From the NCBI GenBank assembly GCA_903843135.1, contig CAIMOS010000126.1, positions 17,201-81,200 on the forward strand: 64,000 nt of DNA, written 5' to 3'. The position numbers and the translations under genes are program-made. Origin of the DNA: an uncultured Ignavibacteriales bacterium. Its GTDB lineage: Bacteria; Bacteroidota; Ignavibacteria; Ignavibacteriales; Ignavibacteriaceae. Shown piece after piece: positions 47,390 to 57,593 of the stretch (the stretch's first letter is position 1; each line of letters opens with the position of its first letter). The notes under the pieces were generated by a model, which had not been told where the DNA came from, did no database searches, and saw only the letters and a list, made by a program, of their open reading frames with translations.

Positions 47390-48517
47390 TCAGTTTCCGC
47401 TGCTGACAGGGAACCCGTCTACATCAGCGTGGGCAATCACATAAACATCACCGCTAAGGTTGTTCACAGTGAATGTATAAGTTGTAGCGTCAAGCCCTTC
47501 TGCTAAATTCGGATATTTACCCGGTGCAACCGTATAAACATAACCCTGGCCCTGTCTGACATAAGGGATAGCGGTTGAACCTACATACAGGTGGGCAGAT
47601 TTCAAAGTATATGCTTTTTTCGTGACACTGTTTTTGCCGACTAAATTATAAGTAACTGTGGCGGTTGTTCCTGAGTAAACAACGGATATTGTGCCTACGA
47701 CGGTGCCTGCGGCAGTGTTGCAGAGTCCGGCCGCCGCATAAAGGGGCATAGTAACGGTATTAGCGCTTGCTGAGAGCGGACCGTTTGTCCATCCCCATCT
47801 GTTATCGTTCGGGATAAAAGATGAATAGTTGCTGAAACAGCCTGAAATATCGCCGTCGAAAGCAAAAGCAGTTTCTGTTTTGGTTTCAACAGGAGGAGGA
47901 GGAACGATTACATCGCAGCTGAGCACGATAGTGTTATACGTAGCCCAGTTTCCGCGTTCAACAATTCTCGGGCCGGATCCCCAGCCTGTTTCATTCTGGT
48001 ATGTTCCTGTTCCGGCAGGTTTGCGGAGCGCTGCGTGTGCCGCTACAAAATAGGTTTTTTCTCCGCCCGGGCAGGAAAACCCTAAAACAGTAAAAGGAAT
48101 AGTAAAGCTGTAAGTTGTAGCTCCTGTAATGCTGCCTGATTTATAAGGGAACTGGCCAACAACCGGATTTCCTGTTCTTGTGGCAGGCATCTGGCTCAGG
48201 GATGTACCGATAAAAAACTGGGTCTCGACCAATTCCCAGCCATTCGAGGTTGAGTAAGTGATTCTTAATGCATCTTTTACGCCGTTGCCGTCGGTATCAA
48301 TATCTGTATATGTCACTGTGCCGGCGTTGATGGTCTGGCCGGCAAAAAGTGTCTGTGAAGTTACACCCGAACCGGATGTTCCGACATCAACTTTCTGAAG
48401 CTGTGATGAGGCATCAGCAGGTAAAGAAGAAGGGCTTGTGATGGTATCCATCTGTGAATCGCATCCTGTTAAAAACAGTGCGGCTGAAAACAAAAGAACT
48501 GAAAGAAAACGTCTCAT
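47390..48517 (-). CDS. Lipoprotein of unknown function with an internal two-fold repeat
   Basis: The lipobox is LFLTGC. Two roughly 150-aa halves each end in ...TY.FT......G.VYV.AHA. Confidence 0.6.
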   Translation of the reverse strand: MRRFLSVLLFSAALFLTGCDSQMDTITSPSSLPADASSQLQKVDVGTSGSGVTSQTLFAGQTINAGTVTYTDIDTDGNGVKDALRITYSTSNGWELVETQFFIGTSLSQMPATRTGNPVVGQFPYKSGSITGATTYSFTIPFTVLGFSCPGGEKTYFVAAHAALRKPAGTGTYQNETGWGSGPRIVERGNWATYNTIVLSCDVIVPPPPVETKTETAFAFDGDISGCFSNYSSFIPNDNRWGWTNGPLSASANTVTMPLYAAAGLCNTAAGTVVGTISVVYSGTTATVTYNLVGKNSVTKKAYTLKSAHLYVGSTAIPYVRQGQGYVYTVAPGKYPNLAEGLDATTYTFTVNNLSGDVYVIAHADVDGFPVSSGN

Positions 48518-48847
48518 TTATGACTCCTTTTATATGATGAATTCGTTAGATTCTCACGTATATAATTTTATTAATGGTGAAATCTAACGACGAAGCTCTC
48601 GCTGATCGGAGAAAAATCGACAGACAGGGTTATTTAACCGACGGATAGTCTTTTTATTAATATATGAATGATATCAAAAGGCGTGTAAAATGAATACAGA
48701 ACCGGAATGTAGCCGGATAAGGAATTTCGTTACTGCGGCAAAGACGCGGCAACGCGGGTATTCTCACCCCCAACCTCGGAGGTAAAGAGAAATAATAAAT
48801 AACCCGCGCTGCTTCCCCTGAAGAACATACCTTTTCGCGGAAAGGAA

Positions 48848-50491
48848 CTACTTACCGATATGCAGTTTTATTGTCTGAACAAAGTCATTCCGAAGAACGG
48901 GTTTCTGAATATAATCATAGAAGCCCAGCTTGAGAAAAGTATCGCGGTCCTCTTTCACTCCGAAGGCGGTAATGGCAATTACAGGAGCATTATTAAAGTT
49001 CGGCAGCTGCCGTATTCTGTTAAAGGTCTCAATTCCGTCGATGCCGAGGCCAAGATTAATATCCATCAGAATAATATCATAAGTATTGACTTCCGCCATC
49101 GCTATCGCGGTAATTCCGTCTGAAGCCATATCGCACGTGAAGTCCTTATTTAATATACTGTTGAATATAGTCCTGCTGTCTTCATTGTCCTCAACAAGCA
49201 AAATCATCGGCTTGCCCAATGATGTCGATTTTCCCTGGATTGTGATCATAGTCTTTGCCTTGCTTATCTTTGCCAGCAGTTCATTTTCTGTCTGGATGAC
49301 CGGAAGCTTAATGGTGACCGTTGTACCGATTCCCACATTACTTATAACCGAAATTTCCCCCTGAAGTATCTCAACGAGCTGTTTTGCTACCGAAAGCCCA
49401 ACACCCATTCCCTCGTAGGAGCGGTTAAGTCCTTCGCTTATCTGGCGGAAAGGCGTGAATATATTTTCAACTTTTTCCGGTGGAATTCCGATGCCCGTAT
49501 CAGATACGCCTATAACCGCGTAAGGAAGGCCATTGATCACGTTTTGATCAACTGACAAAGCAATTCCGCCGTGGGCGGTGAATTTAACCGCATTATCGAT
49601 AACGTGGTCTATTATTGTCCTTAACAGCCTCGGATCGGTGTAAAGGAAAACCTCATTTGCTGAAATTTTCGCGTCAAAACTTAAGCCGTTGCTTTGGCTC
49701 ATCCGCTGGTAATTACGGGAAATTTTAGTGATAAATTCAGGGAGGTCAATCTTTTCTAAAGATGCTTCTATTTTTTTCTTTTCAATATCGACCAGGGCAA
49801 TAACATCGCTCAGTGTTTTATTCAGCCTCTCCGCTGATGAGTTAATGTTGCGTACGCTTTGAAGCTGGTGCGGATCGTTCAGCTCGAATAAAAGCATCTC
49901 CGAGTATCCGAGGATGGATACGAGGGGAGTCCTGAACTCGTGGCTGATGTTGGCAAGGAAAAATGATTTTAGTTTATCCATATCTTCAACCTTTTTCTTA
50001 GATACGGACAATTCGGTATTAATCTTCTGCAGATCAACGGTGCGTTCGCGGACCTTGAGTTCGAGCAACTGGTTATGTTCCTTAAGCTGCGACATAAGAT
50101 AGACCGAGACTAACAAGTTCTTTATACGCAGACTCACTTCAATCAGATCGAACGGTTTCGTAAGGAAATCATTTGCACCTCCCGAAAGAGCTTTTTGTTT
50201 TGCCTCCGTGGTTGCATCAGCCGTAAGTACTAAAATGGGCATAAACTCATCGGGGGAAAGCTTCCCCTGGATCTGGTCCATTACTTCAAATCCGTTCATA
50301 TGCGGCATCATTAGGTCGAGCAATAAAAGCTCCGGTTTAAAGGAGTCAATAAGGCCTGCCACTTCACGCGCATCGTTAGTGCTCTTAACGTCTGTGTACC
50401 CCTGCTCATTAAGCAGGTCTTCCAGAATCTCTACGTTGTCCGGTTGATCATCTACGATCAAAATCCTGGCATCTTTCAGGTCAGCATTCAT
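48848..50491 (-). CDS. REC-HisKA-HATPase-REC hybrid signalling protein (module copy 1)
   Basis: 547 aa. The N-terminal REC contains ILIVDDQ...DLMMP...KPF. It is followed by a coiled coil, the H-box NISHEFRTPL, G-boxes DTGIGI and GMGVGL, and a C-terminal REC (LLVEDNE...DINLG). Confidence 0.9.
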   Translation of the reverse strand: MNADLKDARILIVDDQPDNVEILEDLLNEQGYTDVKSTNDAREVAGLIDSFKPELLLLDLMMPHMNGFEVMDQIQGKLSPDEFMPILVLTADATTEAKQKALSGGANDFLTKPFDLIEVSLRIKNLLVSVYLMSQLKEHNQLLELKVRERTVDLQKINTELSVSKKKVEDMDKLKSFFLANISHEFRTPLVSILGYSEMLLFELNDPHQLQSVRNINSSAERLNKTLSDVIALVDIEKKKIEASLEKIDLPEFITKISRNYQRMSQSNGLSFDAKISANEVFLYTDPRLLRTIIDHVIDNAVKFTAHGGIALSVDQNVINGLPYAVIGVSDTGIGIPPEKVENIFTPFRQISEGLNRSYEGMGVGLSVAKQLVEILQGEISVISNVGIGTTVTIKLPVIQTENELLAKISKAKTMITIQGKSTSLGKPMILLVEDNEDSRTIFNSILNKDFTCDMASDGITAIAMAEVNTYDIILMDINLGLGIDGIETFNRIRQLPNFNNAPVIAITAFGVKEDRDTFLKLGFYDYIQKPVLRNDFVQTIKLHIGK

Positions 50492-50538
50492 TTTATTATA
50501 ATCTTAATATTTTAATTTAAAAATTAACCCGTTTAAAT

Positions 50539-53500
50539 CTATTTAACAAACTCATCAACCACCTCGAGGAATGAATTCATCTCAATCGGTTTTGTAAGGT
50601 AGTTTTTTGCGCCCGCTTTCATCATTTTATTCACCTGGTTCTGCATAGCGTCGGCAGTGATAATAACTACGGGAATATCTCGCGTAGTTTCATTCCCGCG
50701 AAGTAATTCGATCACCTCTGAGCCGTGTATGTCGGGCAGGTCAAGGTCCAGAAGAATGAGGCCGGGTTTGTGGTCCAACGCAAGGGGGACACATTCTTTG
50801 CCGAACGCGGTTGCTATCAGTTTGATTCCCGGCCTTGTTGAAGATAAGATCTGTTCAATAAGTTCGATGTTTGAGATATTATCTTCAATATACAGTACTT
50901 TCCCCTCTACATCCTTAATTTCCCTGATCTTATCTGACAGTTCTTCCGAGCGCTGAACCCTTTCAAGATCACTTATCGTAAGCGGAAGTTCAAACCAGAA
51001 AGTTGAGCCCTTGCCAACTTCGCTTTCCACCCCGACCCTTCCTCCCATCACGTCAACAAGTTTTTTAACTACTGCGAGTCCCAGCCCGGTCCCTTCGGTT
51101 TCAGTCTTCTCCGCGCCGATACGTTCAAAAGGATTGAATATTTTAGAGATATCAGCCTCCGGGATACCAAATCCGGTGTCGGCTATTGATACCCTTACCG
51201 GGGTGGGGGTGTTATTCTTTATATCTTTCGTCAGCGCGTCTACCCTGATGGTTACATTACCGCCCGAGTGATTGTATTTTATTGCATTGTTAAGAAGGTT
51301 AAGCACAATTTGCTTAAGTCTTTGGCGGTCCGACCTGACGAAAAGATCCATTGTGGTCGGATTTATGATCTCGATTGAAATGCCTTTGGTTGCTGCCAGC
51401 GGAGAGATAGTATCCACCATTTCATTAAGAACGCTGCGGAGCTGAACCGGTTCCAGCGACAGTGTAATGCGCCCTGCTTCTATCCTTGAGATGTCGAGGA
51501 CTTCATTAATAAGTTCAAGAAGGTGTTTTCCGCTCTTCAGGATGTGGCTGAGCCTCCTTTTCTGGTTCGGTTTCAGCTCACCGATCTCCATCAACTGAGC
51601 GAAGCCAAGGATCGAATTCATCGGAGTTCTGAGTTCGTGGCTCATACGCGAGAGGAATTCGCTTTTTGCCAGGTTGGCCTTTTCGGCTTCAATCCTCGCC
51701 TTTAACAGTTCCTCTTCGGCCTCTTTGCGTTTAGTGATATCAATTTTTATCGCGATAAAAGCTGAAACCTCCCCCTCGCGATCAAGGACAGGGGTGATGG
51801 TCAGTTCTTCCGGGTAAACTGATCCGTTTTTTCTTCTGTTAATAATTTCTCCGCTCCAGATTTTTCCGCTTTTTATCGTAGACCACATTCCGCTATAGAA
51901 TTCGTTATCGTGTTTACCCGATTTTATAAGCTTACCGGGAGTAGAACCAATAATCTCGTCCGGCGCATATCCGGAAAGCCGGGAAAAACTGGTATTGGCC
52001 CAGGTAATCTTTCCCGAAGTATCGGTAATTATAATTGCAAGCGCAAATGATTCGAACGCGGCGCTTTGCATTCTGAGCGCTGCTTCTGCTTTCTGCCGCT
52101 CGGTAGTATCGTGGGAAATACCGAACAGCGCATACTCATTGTTCCACTTTCCGGGGAAGACCCGGGTTTCGACAGGAATTAACCGGCCGCTTTTTGTAAT
52201 CAGCGGGATGGGGCAATAGGTGGTTTTCCCCGCGAGCATTTCGTTAACTATATTTCCCGCTTCTTCACGGCGCTCCGGAGGATGGACCTCGAGTACGTGC
52301 ATTTTGAGAAGCTCTTCTTCGCTGTAGCCAAGCCGTTTGCTTACCGCGGGATTGGATTCGATTATATTGCCTGCCGGATCAAGGATAAAAAGGAAGTCAT
52401 CAATTGTATTGAATAACATCCGGAAGTTTTCCCTGCTTGACCTGAGCAGATTTTCGGCATTGATCCTTGAAATTGCGGCGCCGGTCTGCAGCGCAAGTGA
52501 TTCGAGGGGTGCGTGGATCCTCGCGGGAATCTGAGAAACAGTCCTGGAAATCAGATTTATCGTACCGATTACGCGCTTCTCATCTTTAACCGGGAGCAGC
52601 GCAATACACTCAATGCCGTCTCGTTCGACATCCGCGTTTTTATTGCTGATTACGTCTTCAAACCTCCCGTACACTGCGTTCCCCTGCATCAGCGATTTTA
52701 CTCTGTCCGGTTCAGGTGCGTACCCGGAAATTTTCTCAATGAAAAGATCAGAAAAACCATAACTCGCCTGCAAATCGAGTTTTCCCGTTGCAGGATTGAT
52801 CAGGTAAATTCCGCCTGCGTCAATTCCTTCGTAGTTCATAAAAGAATTGATGGTTAAAGTAAGGGCTTCTTTCAGGTCAGAGATCGCGCTCAGCCTTGTC
52901 GCCAGGTCTTTTTGGACATTTATATAAGTTTCAGATAATTTTCTTTCGGTGATATCGTGAGCGGCGCCATAAATTAATTTTCCGACGGGAACACTGTGCC
53001 ACTCGAGGAATCTGTAATCCCTGGATTTGGTCTTGTAGCGGGTAATAAAATTAAGTATCGGTTTCTGCTCGCTCAGGCTCACCAACGCGTTACCGGCCGA
53101 ATCAATGTCATCCGGGTGTATAAAATCCAGATAACTTTTGAATTCCAGCTCTTCGGTTGAAAAGCCCAGCACATCTTCCCAGGTTCTGTTTACTTTAAGG
53201 AACCTGCCGTCCATATCAGAAATACATAATAATTCACCGGCGACTGAGAAGAATGTTTCAAGTTCATCTGATTTTGTTTTTAATGCTGTTTCGACTTTGT
53301 TACGCATATCTATCTCGGTCAGCAATTCTTTATTGATGACTTCGAGTTCCTCTGTTCTTTCTTCGATGCGTTTTTCAAGATTGGAATTAAGTTCCCGGAT
53401 CTCCTGTTCGGATTTTTTACGGTCGGTGATGTCCCTTACAAAAGACAAGAACTTATCATCTTCCAGGGGAACTATTCGCGCTTCATAGGACAACAGCCCC

Positions 53501-55392
53501 GCGGGAGTTGAAACCGAGTATTCATAAGTGACAAGGATTTGCCGGTCAATGCATTCCGAGAATTTTTCAAGCATCATACTGCTTGTTTCTTCATCAAAAA
53601 TATTTTTTAAGTTTGTGCCTATTATGTGTTCCGGCGGAACAAGCAGCAGCTTATCGGCAGAAGCATAATATTCTGAGATTGTACCAAACCTGTCGATAAT
53701 AAAAACAAGGTCAGGCGCCGCGTTCATAATCGCGCTGAGCCTGGAATTCTGCCTGCGGATTTTATCTTCGGCCTCTTTCATATCCGTAAAATCAGTAACG
53801 GTGCCCCTGCCGCCGGCCAATACACCGTTTTCAAAAACCGGTGTTACTGATGAACGTACCCATTTCACATTTCCGTCTTTCGTCAGATATCTGTACTCCA
53901 CATAGGAATTATCTCTTTTCCCGAGTTGTTTGATTTCGTTTATCAGTACGGGCTTGTCCCCGGGATATATGTAATTAAAAAACTTTCTGCCCGTCAGCTC
54001 TGCCGGTTCATATCCGAGTATGCGTTTCACAGCCGGGCTTAAGTAAGTAACAATTCCTTTGACGGTAATTTCGAAAATCACGTCGTTTATGGATTCAACC
54101 ATCCGGCGGAAGGCGGCTTCGGTTTCTTTAAGTTTTTCTTCAGTCTGCTTGCGGGCGGTGATGTCCCGGGTGATCAAAATAATTTTCTGGGGGTTTCCCG
54201 CAGTATCACGGATAAATTCTCCGGTAACTTCAACATCAAAAGTGCTTCCGTCTGCTCTGATGGCCCTGTATTCTTCGGCGCCTTCGGTATTGCCGCTGAA
54301 CATTTTGGCGAAATTCCCGTTTGCTTTCTCGTGGTCTGCCGGGTCTATGTATTCAAGTATGTGGCGCCCTTTGAAAACCTCCAAATTATTAAATCCGAAC
54401 ATAGTCATCGCTTTTTCGGAAGCTGAAAGAATTCTTGCTTCCAGATCCGTGATGATGATAAGATCGGGTGAGGCAGTAAATATTGAGCGGTGGAGCAGTT
54501 CGCTCTCCCGCAGCTGCTGTTCAAAGACCTTCTGGGCGCTGATATCGGTCATAATACCGGTGGCGCTGGTCATTTTTCCGTTCTCCATCACCGGGTTGGT
54601 TGCCGATCTGACCCAGCGTATCCCGCCTGACTTTGAAATAAAACGGTATTCCAAGCTGAGGTAATCTTTTTTATCCAGCTTCATAAATTTTCCCATTACT
54701 ATCTCACGGTCGGGACCATAAACAAATTTCAGGAAGTTCTTGCCCGTCAGTTCAGCCGGCTTATATCCCAATATATGTTCAATCGCGGGGCTGACGAACT
54801 TAATGATTCCCTCGCCTGATATTTCGTAGATAACGTCAATAAGATTATTTACAAGGTGCTTATAACGATCACTGCTGAGGGTAAACTCGTACTCGTTTAC
54901 TTTCATTTTATGATAATTCGCGAGTCTGGTTGCGATGGCAGTGAGAAGGCTCTTTTCTTCTTTGAGAAAGATTTTTTTTGGTTTCTCATTCTTCCCGAAT
55001 GAGCAGCAGACCTTCAGCAGGCCGATTTCTTTTTTACCAGAAAGGATTTTTGCCGATAACGCGGCACTTGTGGCAATGAAGTTTGCTGATCTATACTCAG
55101 TCTTATTGATCTTCAGATATGCTCCGGCTTTTTCAGGGAAGCTGAAGGCTGAGGGAAGCAGGTCAACAACTTGTTGATATGCTTTTTCGGGGGAGAGCAG
55201 GGAATTATTAAACAGAGAGGCTACTTTGTTCTGAAACTCAAATTTTTTTGTTTGTTCAGTAATCCTGGACTTCAGTTCCCTGATCTGATTCTCGTAACCG
55301 TTAATCTTCGTGTCAGCTTTTTTCAGGGCATTAAGTGTTTTCTGCAGATCTTTGACGGGGGAAACAGTTTTTTTAGACGCTTTTTTCATCAC
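50539..55392 (-). CDS. Giant cytoplasmic multi-PAS/GAF hybrid histidine kinase (1617 aa) with C-terminal REC
   Basis: It has an N-terminal coiled coil and at least 7 PAS S-box-like units, each ending in ...DIT.RK..E. A GAF-like block follows. The H-box is RMSHELRTPMNSILGF, the N-box is LNLLNNAIKY, GTGLGL is present, and the C-terminal REC contains VLYIEDN...LDLDLPD. Confidence 0.9.
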   Translation of the reverse strand: MMKKASKKTVSPVKDLQKTLNALKKADTKINGYENQIRELKSRITEQTKKFEFQNKVASLFNNSLLSPEKAYQQVVDLLPSAFSFPEKAGAYLKINKTEYRSANFIATSAALSAKILSGKKEIGLLKVCCSFGKNEKPKKIFLKEEKSLLTAIATRLANYHKMKVNEYEFTLSSDRYKHLVNNLIDVIYEISGEGIIKFVSPAIEHILGYKPAELTGKNFLKFVYGPDREIVMGKFMKLDKKDYLSLEYRFISKSGGIRWVRSATNPVMENGKMTSATGIMTDISAQKVFEQQLRESELLHRSIFTASPDLIIITDLEARILSASEKAMTMFGFNNLEVFKGRHILEYIDPADHEKANGNFAKMFSGNTEGAEEYRAIRADGSTFDVEVTGEFIRDTAGNPQKIILITRDITARKQTEEKLKETEAAFRRMVESINDVIFEITVKGIVTYLSPAVKRILGYEPAELTGRKFFNYIYPGDKPVLINEIKQLGKRDNSYVEYRYLTKDGNVKWVRSSVTPVFENGVLAGGRGTVTDFTDMKEAEDKIRRQNSRLSAIMNAAPDLVFIIDRFGTISEYYASADKLLLVPPEHIIGTNLKNIFDEETSSMMLEKFSECIDRQILVTYEYSVSTPAGLLSYEARIVPLEDDKFLSFVRDITDRKKSEQEIRELNSNLEKRIEERTEELEVINKELLTEIDMRNKVETALKTKSDELETFFSVAGELLCISDMDGRFLKVNRTWEDVLGFSTEELEFKSYLDFIHPDDIDSAGNALVSLSEQKPILNFITRYKTKSRDYRFLEWHSVPVGKLIYGAAHDITERKLSETYINVQKDLATRLSAISDLKEALTLTINSFMNYEGIDAGGIYLINPATGKLDLQASYGFSDLFIEKISGYAPEPDRVKSLMQGNAVYGRFEDVISNKNADVERDGIECIALLPVKDEKRVIGTINLISRTVSQIPARIHAPLESLALQTGAAISRINAENLLRSSRENFRMLFNTIDDFLFILDPAGNIIESNPAVSKRLGYSEEELLKMHVLEVHPPERREEAGNIVNEMLAGKTTYCPIPLITKSGRLIPVETRVFPGKWNNEYALFGISHDTTERQKAEAALRMQSAAFESFALAIIITDTSGKITWANTSFSRLSGYAPDEIIGSTPGKLIKSGKHDNEFYSGMWSTIKSGKIWSGEIINRRKNGSVYPEELTITPVLDREGEVSAFIAIKIDITKRKEAEEELLKARIEAEKANLAKSEFLSRMSHELRTPMNSILGFAQLMEIGELKPNQKRRLSHILKSGKHLLELINEVLDISRIEAGRITLSLEPVQLRSVLNEMVDTISPLAATKGISIEIINPTTMDLFVRSDRQRLKQIVLNLLNNAIKYNHSGGNVTIRVDALTKDIKNNTPTPVRVSIADTGFGIPEADISKIFNPFERIGAEKTETEGTGLGLAVVKKLVDVMGGRVGVESEVGKGSTFWFELPLTISDLERVQRSEELSDKIREIKDVEGKVLYIEDNISNIELIEQILSSTRPGIKLIATAFGKECVPLALDHKPGLILLDLDLPDIHGSEVIELLRGNETTRDIPVVIITADAMQNQVNKMMKAGAKNYLTKPIEMNSFLEVVDEFVK

Positions 55393-55615
55393 AAATTGTC
55401 GTTATATAAAATGGAATCCAGAAAATGGCATTTATTATGCTGGTTAAGATAAACTACCAAACCAGGAATTTGCAGAGCTAATATTATGACGAAGTATCCG
55501 CAATTTAAAGAATTTATTTGTATTAATTGAGAGATTTCGTGATGGCTCGCAAAGGCGGTTAAATGGATTTTTTTGGTGTTTGAAGTAAGTGAATTGCGTC
55601 CTCAGACATATTTCA

Positions 55616-55717
55616 ACTGCGCGGTTGAACAGGACTTCACAGTTCAGTTCGTGACTTGTAATAATTATTCGATCAAACTAATCCGCGGGAGGGGCAAGCC
55701 CCTCCACTACAAATTTG
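55616..55717. repeat. 102-bp intergenic repeat, copy 1 (ends in GC hairpin GGAGGGGC-AA-GCCCCTCC)
   Basis: Hand alignment with 55783-55884 gives 99 of 102 identical positions and a 167-bp period. Confidence 0.9.
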
Positions 55718-55753
55718 CTGATACAATAGAACATTACCGCATAGTTAATTAAT

Positions 55754-55782
55754 TGTTGTAGTGACAGGGCTTGCCCTGTCCG
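55754..55782. repeat. Inverted, sequence-variant copy of the hairpin element (TTGTAGTG-GACAGGGC-TT-GCCCTGTC)
   Basis: Its reverse complement, tcggacagggcaagccctgtcactacaa, aligns with gcgggaggggcaagcccctccactacaa of the two direct copies. The changes in the stem are compensatory. Confidence 0.8.
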
Positions 55783-55884
55783 ACTGCGCGGTTGAACAGG
55801 ACTGCACAGTTCAGTTCGTGACTTGTAATAATTATTCGGTCATACTAATCCGCGGGAGGGGCAAGCCCCTCCACTACAAATTTG
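55783..55884. repeat. 102-bp intergenic repeat, copy 2
   Basis: See copy 1. It ends 6 bp before the stop codon of 55891..57546. Confidence 0.9.
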
Positions 55885-55890
55885 AGGGCG

Positions 55891-57546
55891 CTAAGAGGCC
55901 TGGTTCTTATTAATTAGTTTTTTTATCATTGCTAAAAACTCAAGTCGAACGATTGGTTTCGGGTGGAAATCAGTAAAACCGTAATCAAGAAATCTTTTCC
56001 TGTCTTCATTAAGGCCGTATGCGGTAACGGCAACAACCGGTATTTCGCTATGGTCCGGCATTTGGCGAATGCGCCTGAATGTTTCAATGCCGTCAATGCC
56101 GGGGCCGAGATTAATATCCATCAGGATCAGATCATATTTGTTTACTTCGGCCATAGCCAAAGCAGTAACGCCGTCAGTCGCTTCTTCAACGATATACTCT
56201 TTACTCAGTATTTTTTTGAAGATCATTCTGTTGCCTTCATTGTCCTCAACCAGAAGAAGCCTTGGCTTGCCGCTTTCCGCCGGTATCTCAGATTCAACAA
56301 CGTGGCTCTTCGCAATATTAATTCTGTCACTCATCTCCTGTTCGGTTTCAACAACAGGCACTTTAATTGTGAGCGTGGTGCCTTTCCCTTCTTCGCTGGC
56401 AATGGTGATATCACCGTTAAGCACTTCGGCCAGCTGTTTGGCTACCGAAAGCCCCAGACCCATTCCCTCAAATGAGCGCCCCATCCCTTCGCTGACCTGC
56501 CTGAATGGAGCGAAGATAGTGGTCAGAATATCGGGTGCGATGCCGATGCCTGTATCGGAGACTTCGATACAGGCGTAAGGAACGCCGTCAAAATTTTTCT
56601 GAGCAACATCAATTGTAACTCCCCCTTTTCTTGTGAATTTAACGGCGTTGTCGAAAATATTATCAATGATGGACTTCAGCAGCCCGGGATCAGTGAAAAT
56701 GCGGATATCGTGCCCTTCGAATTTAAGATCAAAAGACAGACCGGAGGTTTGGGCGCGTTTTTGATACTCAGGAGCGAGTTTATCCGTAAATGATTTTAAG
56801 CCGGTTTTTTCAAATGATGCTTCGAGTTTCTTCCTTTCGATATCCACCATCGCAAGAACGTCATTGAGTGTCCTTTGCAGGCGCTGCGCTGACTTATTAA
56901 TAAAGCTGATATTTCTGAGGTGGTCGGGATCGTTAAGTTCGCTGAGCATTATTTCGCAGAAGCCGAGTATTGAAACAAGGGGGGTCCTGAACTCGTGGCT
57001 GACGTTTGAAAGGAAGAAAGATTTAAGTTTATTCATCTCCTCCGCTTTCTGGTTCGCCCTGGTAAGTTCCTGGTTCACGTGCACAAGTTCGGAGGTGCGT
57101 TCAACCACTTTCTCTTCGAGTAAAATATTCTGGTCGGCAAGCTGCGAAACCACATAAACCGTATAAAGCAGATTTTTGATACGAAGGCCCACTTCGACCA
57201 GATCGAACGGCTTAGTGAGAAAATCGCTGGCGCCGCCGGCGAGCGCGCGTTGTTTGGTTCCTGTGGAAACATCGGCCGTAAGAATAAGTATAGGTATAAA
57301 ACCGAACTCAGCCTTGTTTGCTTCAATCAGATCCATCACCTCGAACCCGGTAATATGCGGCATCATTAGATCGAGCAGCAATAGTTCCGGTTTGTATGTT
57401 CTTAGTAAATCCTCAACGTCGCGCGGGTCGGTGGTGCTTTTAAAGTCGGTATAGCCCTGCATCATTAATAGCCCTTCAAGCACGTCAATGTTTGCCGTCT
57501 GGTCGTCTACTATCAGAATCCTTGCGTCTTTAAGGTCCGCGTTCAT
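55891..57546 (-). CDS. REC-HisKA-HATPase-REC hybrid signalling protein (module copy 2)
   Basis: 551 aa. The first 16 aa are identical to copy 1 (MNADLKDARILIVDDQ). The domain order is the same and, by eye, about 60 percent of positions are identical. Confidence 0.9.
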   Translation of the reverse strand: MNADLKDARILIVDDQTANIDVLEGLLMMQGYTDFKSTTDPRDVEDLLRTYKPELLLLDLMMPHITGFEVMDLIEANKAEFGFIPILILTADVSTGTKQRALAGGASDFLTKPFDLVEVGLRIKNLLYTVYVVSQLADQNILLEEKVVERTSELVHVNQELTRANQKAEEMNKLKSFFLSNVSHEFRTPLVSILGFCEIMLSELNDPDHLRNISFINKSAQRLQRTLNDVLAMVDIERKKLEASFEKTGLKSFTDKLAPEYQKRAQTSGLSFDLKFEGHDIRIFTDPGLLKSIIDNIFDNAVKFTRKGGVTIDVAQKNFDGVPYACIEVSDTGIGIAPDILTTIFAPFRQVSEGMGRSFEGMGLGLSVAKQLAEVLNGDITIASEEGKGTTLTIKVPVVETEQEMSDRINIAKSHVVESEIPAESGKPRLLLVEDNEGNRMIFKKILSKEYIVEEATDGVTALAMAEVNKYDLILMDINLGPGIDGIETFRRIRQMPDHSEIPVVAVTAYGLNEDRKRFLDYGFTDFHPKPIVRLEFLAMIKKLINKNQAS

Positions 57547-57593
57547 TTTAATACTTTCTTCTACTGGTTTTCGCTAATATTAATAAGATATTT

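Noticed and set aside
54059-54664. 201-aa plus-strand ORF, along with many other 60-170-aa ORFs antisense to the large kinase genes (for example 55963..56475, 56069..56578, 57780..58196, 58480..58899, 63283..63771).
   Set aside because: All of them lie inside long, motif-rich minus-strand kinase ORFs. Their compositions are Ser/Arg/Leu-rich, which is typical of antisense frames.
55426-55441. TGGCAT-N5-ATGC with correct sigma-54 spacing, pointing toward the 102-bp repeats.
   Set aside because: Both half-sites are degenerate, there is no downstream plus-strand gene, and no upstream palindrome. A chance match is plausible in AT-rich DNA.
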